Origin: Stegostoma tigrinum
Lineage: Eukaryota
Length of the DNA stretch: 64,000 nt
Reading direction: 5' to 3'
Assembly (NCBI RefSeq): GCF_030684315.1
Contig: NC_081363.1
Location: forward strand, 82,979,678-83,043,677
Made by a program: the position numbers and the translations under genes. Below the pieces are notes generated by a model. It did not search any database and had not been told where the DNA came from. It was given only the letters and a program-made list of their open reading frames with translations. This document shows, in pieces, positions 53,933-64,000 of the stretch. The number at the start of each line of letters is the position of its first letter. Position 1 is the first letter of the stretch.

Positions 53933-56079
53933 AGAGTTAATGGGAACGGCAGATGCTGGAGAATCCAAGATAACAAAGTGTGGAGCTGGATGAACACAGC
54001 TGGCCAAACAGCATCTCAGGAGCACAAAAGCTGACGTTTCGGGCCTAGACCCTTCGTCAGAGAGGGGGACGGGGAGAGGGTTCTGGAATAATTAGGGAGA
54101 GAGGGGGAGGCGGACCCAAGATGGAGAGAAAAGAAGATAGGTGGAGAGGAGATTATAGGTGGGGAGGTAGGGAGGGGATAGGTCAGTCCAGGGAAGTCGG
54201 ACAGGTCAAGGAGGTGGGATGAGGTTAGTAGGTAGGAAATGGAGGTGCGGCTTGAGGTGGGAGGGAGGGATAGGTGAGAGGAAGAACAGGTTAGCGAGGC
54301 GGGGACGAGCTGGGCTGGTTTTGGGACGCAGTGCGGGGAGGGGACGAACTGGGCTGGCTTTGGGATGCGGTGGGGGAGAGGGAGATTTTGAAGCTTGTGA
54401 AGTCCACATTGATACCATTCGGCTGCAGGGTTCCCAAACGGAATATCAGTTGCTGTTCCTGCAACCTTCGGGTGGCATCATTGTGGCACTGCAGGAGGCC
54501 CATGATGGACATGTCGTCTAAGGAATGGGAGGGGGAGTTAAAATGGTTCGCGACTGGGAGGTGCAGTTGTCTATTGCGAACCGAGCGGAGGTGTTCTGCG
54601 AAGCGGTCCCCAAGCCTCCGCTTGGATTCCCCAATGTAGAGGAAGCCACACCGGGTACAGTGGATGCAGTATACTACATTGGCAGATGTGCAGGTGAACA
54701 TCTGCTTAATGTGGAAAGTCATCTTGGGGCCGGCGATGGGGGTGAGGGAGGAGGTGTGGGGGCAACTCTAGCACTTGCTGTGTTTGCAGGGGAAGGTGCC
54801 GGGTGTGGTGGGGTTGGAGGGGAGTGTGGAGCGGACAAGGGAGTCATGGAAAGATTCCATCCCCTATTCGCAATTCCTTCGCCTCCGCTGCATCTGCTCC
54901 CTGGATGAGGCATTCCACTCCTGCACATCCCAGATGTCCGCCTTCTTCAAGAACCGCAACTCCCCACCCCACCCCCACCCCCACCGCAGTGGTCGAGAAC
55001 GCCCTTGACCGTGTCTCCCGCATTTCCCACAACTCATCCCTCACACCTCGCCCCCGCAATAACCGCCCTAAGAGAATCCTCCTCGTCCTCACATACCACC
55101 CCACCAACTTCCGTATACAACGCATCATCATCCGACACTTCCGCCATCTACAATCCGACCCCACAACCCAAGACATTTTTCCAACCCCACCCTTGTCTGC
55201 CTTCTGGCGAGACCACTCTCTCCGTGACTCCCTTGTCCGTTCCACACTCCCCTCCAACCCCACCACACCCGGCACCTTCCCCTGCAACCGCAGCAAGTGC
55301 TACACTTACCCCCACACCTCCTCCCTCACCCCCATCCCAGGCCCCAAGATGACTTACCGTATTAAGCAGATGTTCACCTGCACATCTGCCAATGTGGTAT
55401 ACTGTATCCATTGTACCCGGTGTGGCTTCCTCTACATTGGGGAATCCAAGCGGAGGCTTGGGGACCGCTTCGCAGAACACCTCCGCTCGGTTCGCAATAG
55501 ACAACTGCACCTCCCAGTCGCGAACCATTTTAACTCCCCCTCCCATTCCTTAGACGACATGTCCATCATGGGCCTCCTGCAGTGCCACAATGATGCCACC
55601 CGAAGGTTGCAGGAACAGCAACTGATATTCCGTTTGGGAACCCTGCAGCCCAATGGCATCAATGTGGACTTTACAAGCTTCAAAATCTCCCCCTCCCCCA
55701 CCGTATCCCAAAACCAGCCCAGTTCATCCCCTCCCCCCACTGCATTCCAAAACCAGCCCAGCTCTTCCCAGCCTCCCTAACCTGTTCTTCCTCTCATCTA
55801 TCCCCCCTCCCACCTCAAGCCGCACCTCCATTTCCCACCTCCCAACCTCATCCCGCCTCCTTTACCTGTCCGTCCTCCCTGGACGGACCTATCCCCACCT
55901 ACACTCTCCTCTCCACCTATCTTCTCCTCTATCCATCTTCGGTCCGCCTCCCCCTCTCTCCCTATTTATTTCAGAGCCCTCTCCCCATCCCCCTCTCTGA
56001 TGTAGGGTCTAGGCCCGAAACGTCAGCTTTTGTGCTCCTGAAATGTTGCTGGGCCTGCTGTGTTCATCCAGCTCCACAC
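53933..56079. mobile_element. Penelope-like element (Neptune-type), two 5'-truncated copies joined head-to-head, in intron 1 of paralog C
   Basis: Plus arm (~54850-56079) encodes DSIPYSQFLRLRCICS (RT C-terminal region), a frameshift, a Cys linker PCNRSKCYT and a GIY-YIG domain (VVYCIHCTRCGFLYIGESKRRLGDRFAEH). Minus arm (53933-~54850) is the inverted 3' part. TSD tttgtcatcagcatc at 53918-53932 and 56080-56094. Confidence 0.92.
54033..54060 (-). ncRNA. Minimal hammerhead ribozyme motif, sense to paralog C pre-mRNA
   Basis: Reverse complement CTGACGAAGGGTCTAGGCCCGAAACGTC (CUGANGA core intact). The partner on the plus arm (55997-56024) has CTGATGT, i.e. A9 is mutated. Confidence 0.68.
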
Positions 56080-57154
56080 TTTGTCATCAGCATCCTTGGA
56101 TTCTGTAGGTCATAAGAGCCGAGCTTCCTTCTGAAGTGGTTGCTCAGGGCATATCACCAGAGGTTGGTCGTGAGACAGCATCGGTCAGCAACATCGGTGT
56201 TATAAAGGGAAACGTGGAGCCTGAGAGCAAGAAAAAAAAACACCGCAAGCCGACATTCGTGGCCTCAAGTCATTTAACCAGTACTAAGAGGCTCTAACAT
56301 TTATTGCCGGCAAGGCTTGTCGGGAATAGCAGGTTCTTCAATTTAAAATATGGGTGAGAAATTCATGCACAGGATAGATAAGCGCATTGTGGCGGGGTTT
56401 TAATCGCAACGGGGAGCATTAGAAAGCAGATTGGTGGGCAGCAGATTCCACTACTGCTCGCCCATTTTGCGCTATTCAGGCGTTTCACAGTCCAGTTGGT
56501 GTCAAGGGCCCCCGGGGTGATAATTCCACAACCGATAATTGCCAGCAATCTACAGGATGGCAGGTCCCCTGGTCTCATTAGGAGGCTGAAGCTTTAGCAG
56601 GTAGAATCCAAAGGAGGATACGTATGGGAATGATGGCGAGAGCATGGCTGGAGATGGAGATAAGAAGCACGGCCGGCTTTCAGCCACACCCACCCCTCCC
56701 CTCCAACCAAACCTCCACTCCACCCCTCGCTCCTCACGCCACCCATCTCTTTTCCGTTGCTTGATCAGCTATGACCTTAGGAAGGGTCCACGGGAACCCT
56801 GCAAGAACACATGGTGGGGTTTGCTGGCCGTGCTGCTCCCCACATGGCGAGCCAGCGCCCATTGATCGCCAATTTTAGGTGCTCCAATTGCCGTGAATGC
56901 TTCTTCCCGCATCGCTGTGGACGTAGGAAAATGACAATCCCCAGCCGAGACCATACCTTCCTCGAACCCTGCACCCGCCCGAACACACCACGCCGAAAAG
57001 GCACTGGATTCCGGAAAACAGTACACATTGCTGAACTCTTTACAAATCGAAAAATTCTGAGAAATTTAAAAAGGGATAGCAAAGCCTTAAAATTAACTCG
57101 ACATAAAAGACGACAGACCGGCTTTTCCTAGATCTGACAAGTTATTGAACTTAC

Positions 57155-57325
57155 CGCGTCCCAAACATAAGCAGACACACCCAGGTTAGCGCTCGTGTTC
57201 CGCGCGATCTTTAAGCAGTATCCGCAGAAAGCGAAGTTAGTTTGATTGATGTAATAGATCGAGGGCTGAATCTTGTCCGTGGTGTCATCGTCATTACAAT
57301 TCTCCGGGGATCTAATGGTGGTCAT
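57155..57325 (-). CDS. EEF1AKMT3: EEF1AKMT3/METTL21B-like paralog C, coding exon 1 (171 bp)
   Basis: ATG at 57325 in ACCATGA context; MTTIRSPE...FAFCGYCLKIARNTSANLGVSAYVWDA; GTAAGT donor, phase 0. Same length as paralog B exon 1. Confidence 0.9.
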
Positions 57326-57405
57326 GGTTTCCAATCTACTTCCAGACGTTTCTCAGAGGATGCTGACGATTCAGTTCAAACGGCTGAATAACACACGATC
57401 GAGCA

Positions 57406-57475
57406 TTTATATCACGCTCCACCCACTGCAAAGCCGCCCGTCCTTGTGATGTCCCCAATGTTCTCATAGCCAATC
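57406..57475 (-). promoter_or_regulatory. Putative core promoter of paralog C
   Basis: TATAAA at 57411-57406, about 80 nt upstream of the ATG; GC box CCGCCC 57434-57439; CCAAT at 57455 and AGCCAATCA (CCAAT 57470-57474); CpG-rich. Confidence 0.55.
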
Positions 57476-58702
57476 AAGCGCAATTGCAGTTGTTCGTCAA
57501 TGAAACATTCCGTCTATTCTGTGCACCGCAAAATAGTCGAGAATTAACGGATCTGACAATGCGCATTGCCAGGGGGGTGGGGGAGAACGGTGCTGCTAAA
57601 CTTTGCATAGAAGTAATATCCTACTAGTTACTTTGCGATTCGGGAAAAAGAAACTCTCTTTTCGACATTTAATAATGCTATGATCATCAATGCATTCATT
57701 GTGCACTGAAGCGAATTTTAGATCCAGACTGCATACCTCTGAATCTGAACCCACGATCTTTAACTCGGAAGTTGGAAAACCGCCACTCAGCCGAAACTTC
57801 ACGTCTACTTGGTCGAGCCGGTACTTCACATGAGTTTCAGTTTTATAATAACTCACAATGAACTAATATAAAAGTTGCTAATAGTATTCTTAACATTCGA
57901 ATGACTTCGATTCATAACCAACTAGAAAGGCGCATGAACATATTAATATTGAATCCTTTGGAATGGCTTACGGAGGTTAATACTTTTATTAAAAACAGAT
58001 GGTACGTAGCGAAACTTTTGTCATATATTGGTCTCCCCTTACTTGTATTGACCACATTGCACCATAACTTTTGCATCCACCTCTGAATATCTTAACGAGA
58101 TGCTCTTTCACCCACAGTTCTTTCGAAATTCTGCACTCACTGCCTCACAGGAGAGACCATCTCTTGCACTGAACACGTTCTACTTTAAACAGAAATTGAC
58201 ATCAATGCGAGCATTACTCCAACGAATAGGAAGAAGAACGGAGCATGCTGTACTAGCCACCGTGTTCTGGTATTCAGTAAGATCAAGGCTGAGCTCTCAA
58301 ATTAAAGTTCTCTCCCGATTTATCTGCATATTCCGTGATCCTCCTGGTATTCAAAAGTGTACCGAACATAAACTTCCATATATCATTGACGTTGCTGCCC
58401 GAAGAAAAGAGTTCCAAAGATTCACGACGCTCTGGCTTTCATGAAACTTCATCGAATCCAGCTCTTTACCTGAGATTGTGATCCTTACATCCAGTCTCTG
58501 CTGCTGGTATCCAGCAATTTTCCTGTCAATCCCTCTGGAAAGACCGCATGTTACGGCCATTTCACGTAGCCAAGGAAGAATTCGACCCAATCTCAACTCA
58601 TACAGCAGACCTCCCATCCCACGATTCAAGATAGTTGAAATTCTCTGTCGATTTATCTGCATATTCCGTGATCGTCTTAGCATTAATCCCCCTTACAATT
58701 CT

Positions 58703-58915
58703 TCATAGAATCATAGAATCCCTACAGGGTGGAAATAGGCCGATCGGCCAAACAAGTCCGCACCGACCCCCCGAGCACCCCCAGACCCATCCTACCTTAA
58801 CCCACCCCGCAACCCATCCCTGAACACTGTGAGCAATTTAGCATGGGAAATCCACCCAGTCTGCATATCTTTAGACTGTGGGATGAAACCGGAGTACCCG
58901 GATGAAACCCACGCG
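58703..58915 (-). mobile_element. 5'-truncated HE1-type SINE
   Basis: catagaatcatagaatccctacag tail and V-domain gactgtgggatgaaaccggagtacccgg. Confidence 0.8.
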
Positions 58916-61900
58916 AACTTCTTAAGAATTACCTTCTTCCCCAATTGACGGGACACAAGCGGACAGTGTAGTTGGGCTGTGATCTTTAAAACCCAACATA
59001 ATTGAAACTAGATTTGAATATTCGAGCAGTCCTTTAATAAAGTTCTAAATACCATTTTACTTCAGAGTTTTCGTTAAATTTTTTTATCTATGAATTTGGT
59101 ACACCAGTAACCAAATCCCTGCAAACACCAAATTCTACTACTCTCTCTTAAAGAGACACCCTCTACTAGACCCTCCTAAAACTATTTTTCTTATTTCCTA
59201 CTCATTCCGGAAAAGCAAATCACTTCAGATTTTCTTCATTATAAACCATGTGCCGTATTGTTGACCAATAAACTAGTTAGTTGATATTTCTTTGTATCTT
59301 CCTTTTGTGGACATATTCCTGCCCTGCTGTGTATCGCTCCGAACGTGAATGTATTGGATTGTCCCGTTATCTAAGTTTTTTATATAGATTGTTAATTGAG
59401 ATAGCCCAGGCATTGATGCTTGCAGCACCCCAATAAATAAACAACATTATTTCGGGAATAGCCCATTTAATCCCTCCTCTGTTTTTTGCCTTTTCACAAG
59501 CATGTTAAACTGATGTGTTACCATGCACACCCATCAGCCCTGACTTTGCGATTTCTGTATATCAACCAGATCAGGGAAGAGATTTCACTATCAGATGAAT
59601 TCGTTTCCATTGAAAAATGTTCACGATTCGTCACCAGATGCCCGAGGTATAGCTGCAAATTTTACTTTGTCTGCTCGGATTGTCAATCGTTTTTGAAAAG
59701 CTAATGTTAAGAACTATGGGTAATCCTGTTGCATTCTTCCCACGTAATTATTTGTATAGGAGTAGGTCATTTGGATTGTTTGGAATCCTGAAACAGTAGA
59801 TCGGTTGCTCGGATTAATAAGGATTCGAGCTTAGAATAATAAATATTAATACATTTAACAAATGTTAAGAATAATAAATTCTAAGATCTTTCAATATAAG
59901 CGTCAGCACTAGTTAGTCGTACAATGTTCCATCAACATTTGAGATGTATGAACACAAAGAAGACGGGAGCAAGGATTCACAAAATCGAAGTGATTAGTAG
60001 TTAACAAGTGTCAGTTTCATGCTGCAACATATTCCATACACAAGTGATGATGTCATAGGACATCATAAATTGAAACATTACACATACTGGGACAAAAGTC
60101 GTTTAATTAAAGTGAATGCTGTGACATATTTCTTCCTGGGTAAGAACAGAACAAAGTAAACAACTCTCTAACCTTGAACAAAGATTACAATTGGCTACAT
60201 TATTTGGCTGAGGTTTTCGCCTATGTTACCCTCTAACGACTCCACACTTCAGCACTCAGTTGACGAAATATGAAGTTGACCATAGCTCACATGTCACATT
60301 TTGGTGTGGGGGGAATCGAAGTTAGTCCTGCAAGAAACTACAGGTCCCATACCTCTGAACATAAAAAAAAATCGAAAGTGGTTCATGTGGCCATTGGAGC
60401 CAGTTCGGTAAGGTAAATTTGCAAAGGTTGGTGAGGGTGAGGACAAGTCGGGTTTCCCTCTTGTTAGTTCCCTAACCAGACAATTGGGCAATATGCCCTC
60501 ATGATTTAACCAACATTTTAATGTCCCATCCAATCTCGTATGGGTCTTTGCTACTGTGCTTATTCAAAGTAGTGTCCAGAGTTGAAGAGCACTGATGCAC
60601 CAATAGAGAAAGGACAGAGGCAGTTAACTGCCCACCTGAGATCTGATGCTGTGAGGCTTCTTGGTGTTTAGAATCAATACCAAAGTCTCAGCACATCTCC
60701 ACCACAACAGTGTTCAACTCTGCTGCAGAGCTCCATCACGACTGTGTCCAACTCTGCTTCCAACTCTAGTGACATAGCCTGATGATGTTTCACAGTATAG
60801 TAAGACATGCTAATGGAAATGCCTGAAGCATTGACTGTAAGTTATGGTTTGTTTTGCTGCACTGTACCTCAGTTCTCCCAATGTTGACACAACATTCAGT
60901 GAAGTTAGTAAGCAGTACTTTGCATAATCTATTAAGTGGGGTCTGCTATCCAACTTTATTTCTTGCTCAGAAGTGTTTTTCATTCAACTGAATTGTTTGT
61001 TGGACCTTTTAGAGGGCATTTAATGGCCTAATCAGACAAAGACACCTTCAGAATAGCCATTGTCCCCTTTGCCACATTCGCATGAAAGTTATTTGTCATT
61101 TATTTTTCTTTGAACAAAACTTCGCAGTTCTAAAGATAACCGGATATGCATGGGGTCAGATAACTTCTAACATCCGTGCAATGTAACATTGTGAACTTGG
61201 TGATCCCAAAGATTCTTGTGACCTTTCGCTTATCTTCCTTTTGTGTTTATCGATTATCTATTCATCGTTTATGTTTAAGGAAACCTGGTTCTTGTATAAT
61301 GACAGTTTATTAAGACCTTATACTGTACAGAAAATGTGAAAAAGAAGTCAACTTCGAAGGTATGCCAATCTTCAACAAAGGATGTAAATAGTCACTGAAA
61401 TAAAATGCAGAAAATTCAGCACAATGCAGAAAAGTACAAACTTGCCCACTTTGGTACGAAAAATGTTTTTGATAGGCATAGATTGCAAGGCTCTGGGAAT
61501 GGAAAGGATACTGGATGTCCTGTTTCTTGAATCAAAAAGATTAGATTTCAAGTGCAGAAAATAGGCAGGAAATCAAATAGAATTTTATCATTTATCATTG
61601 ATTCTATGACAATAAGCTAAGATTTGCTCTCAACATGTTGAGGTTTGTCCTCATCCAACTTTGAAAATTTATCTGACTTTCTCCCATTCATCCCTAGTAC
61701 CAGTGTGATGATGTCAGGCATTATTGGAAGATCCGATCCCAGAATGAAAACTGGCTTGAGAGAGTACATGTTTATTTAAAGCCTTAAACTTTTCACTTGC
61801 TTGACATAAAGCCAATATATAAACATATCTCTGTAGAACGATAGCACTCTGCAGTCACTTGTTTTCTGACAGATCTTGAATTTAGGCCTTTTTTCTTGAA

Positions 61901-63680
61901 GGACTTCCTGATGATTTTGTTTAAAGATAAACATTCACAGAAGTAACAAACAGCTATTTGCCTCTATTCCAAAAATGAAATTCCAAGGATAATAGTAGTG
62001 TCTAAGAATTATACACTGTACAACATCTCCAGTCAGAAGAGAATGAGAAGGTGCCCTAATGAGACGTTTCTATTTCCTCCTACTAATTCCTCCGTAACAC
62101 TATTCCTATGTTACATGAAAAGTCATAATGTATTTGCATCAAATATATGAGTTTCACTACAAACGTGTTTTACTTAACTCTATTGTATCATGGCATCTGA
62201 TTTCCTCGACATGTGCCCTTATCAAATCATTCGATACAATATTGTCTTTACCAACTAAATTAATAACTTTTAAATTGTGCAGCTATAATATTAAACTCCA
62301 ACAAAACAATTACAAGTTATTCTTTCAAAAGACCTCGAAGTAAATTGATTGTGAAGACCATAAATAAGTTTCATCCAAGTTGGTGGATATGTGTATTCAA
62401 GGAAGGTTGTTCAACAAAAGAGATAAGTATGCCTTTGTCCACTGTCAAATGTTATGTTAACAGGTATACAGTTCCTTCAAAAACAAAACCTGACAGGATG
62501 CTCAGCCCTCACTTCATCCCAATGTAGCATAACAGGCAACAAACCAATGTCACTGGCATCGACAGTCAGTTCCAATCTCTTTTCATAATTTTGTACTGCT
62601 AAAACTAATGTGGTTGTCAGCACAGCTTTCAAGTTAGAAACGGTGCTCTGACATTCTTTTCAAAACCTTTGTCTTTTTTTCCAATACATTTGTCAAAGCA
62701 GTCATTAGAGTGCTGAAGTTTGAAACAATTTCCAGAGTCCATTTACCAACCAATGGCAGAATGTTGCATTTTGTCTTTGGCATGAGAAAAATGAAAAGCT
62801 GTTATTTTCACTTTTCCTGTTATCACATGATCCCATATCAAATGTGACTCAAAAAAGCCAGTTTTGCTTTGTTAGATTCACTTTCAACCTAATTTAAAAT
62901 AAAATCAGCTACTTGTAACTAATCAACCAGTTCAGTTAAGCGTTGCACATGCTTATCCCATTTGCACTGAATATGATCAAGTTGTTGATGGACTCAAAGC
63001 AAAGGAAGGGTCTTGCAATTATTAAGTCAGATAATCAAAGGAAATTTGATGGTGAATTTTCCATTGCAAATGGAAACACTTCGCCTCAAATAAACAATTC
63101 AGTATCACAAAAGCTGATATCAGCGAACTCCAGCTACTATGACTTGATTCAATTCTATTCTTGTACTTCGTGACCTCAATCCTCCCCTACTTGGCCCAGC
63201 GTCTCTGCATTCAGGCCGTAAGTATTTTGCTGTATGTGCAACAGATCCCCTACGTTAACATCCCAGATGTTACTATCTACAAGATGCACTGCAGAAATTC
63301 ATCTGCCCTCTGTGTCAAACGGCAAGGACAGATATAAGGGAACACCATCACCTGGAAGTTCCCCTCTTAGCTACTCACCATGCGGATTTTGAAATATATT
63401 TCCGTTCTTTCACTGTCACTCAAAATCGCAAAATTCCCTTCCTAACGGTATTGTGGATCTACTTACAGCACATGGGCTTATGCAGTTCAACTTGGGAAAC
63501 TAAGCACAGGCAATAAAAGATGGTCACCCAATGAGGACCACATCTGAGGAGTCAATTAAAAATTATAACCTGTAGGTAAATAGTTTTTTCCAGTTCTATT
63601 CACAGAAATAGACCCATGAGTCTGTGGTAGTCTGTAATTCACCTCCATATTGTAATTAACCTCGATATTGTGTTTCACTC

Positions 63681-63985
63681 GGCAGCACGGTGACACAGTG
63701 GCTGTCACTGCTGCCTCACAACGCTAGGGAACTGGGTTTGATTCCTGTCTTCATTGAATGTCAGTGTGGAGTTTACATGTTTTCCACGTGTCTGCATGGG
63801 TTTCGGTTGAGTGTTCCGGTTTTCTCCCGCGGCCCTGAGGATGTGCAGGTTATGTAGAGTGGCAATTTTAAATGCAGGGTTAGAGAATAGGATGGGGTGT
63901 TGTACCTAGATGGCATGCTCTTCGGAGGACTGGCGTAGGCTTGATCGGCCGAATAGCCTCTATCTTCGCTGTGGGGATTCTCTGA
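63681..63985 (+). mobile_element. HE1-type SINE
   Basis: ggcagcacggtgacacagtgg...gggtttgattcc...V-domain...gggattctctga. Confidence 0.85.
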
Positions 63986-64000
63986 TATTTGGAAGGTAGC

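Overview
Eukaryotic, repeat-rich genomic DNA. The repeat families (HE1/V-SINE, CR1, L2, Rex/Babar, RTE, GIY-YIG Penelope-like elements) point to a cartilaginous fish, probably a shark (inference). The only host genes I can support are three tandem minus-strand paralogs of the lysine methyltransferase EEF1AKMT3/METTL21B. Two are complete 3-exon genes (57325->49923, 231 aa; 41073->33425, 228 aa); the third is represented by its first coding exon (871->746) and continues off the left edge. The most striking non-genic signal is a set of Penelope-like element (PLE) insertions from at least three families. They carry minimal hammerhead-ribozyme motifs, sit as fold-back (inverted) structures between 11-16 bp target-site duplications, and their short copies break repeatedly inside the ribozyme. 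There are also locally templated duplications (552, 42 and 25 bp). Exon, TSD and ribozyme coordinates were read base by base; boundaries of old repeats are approximate.
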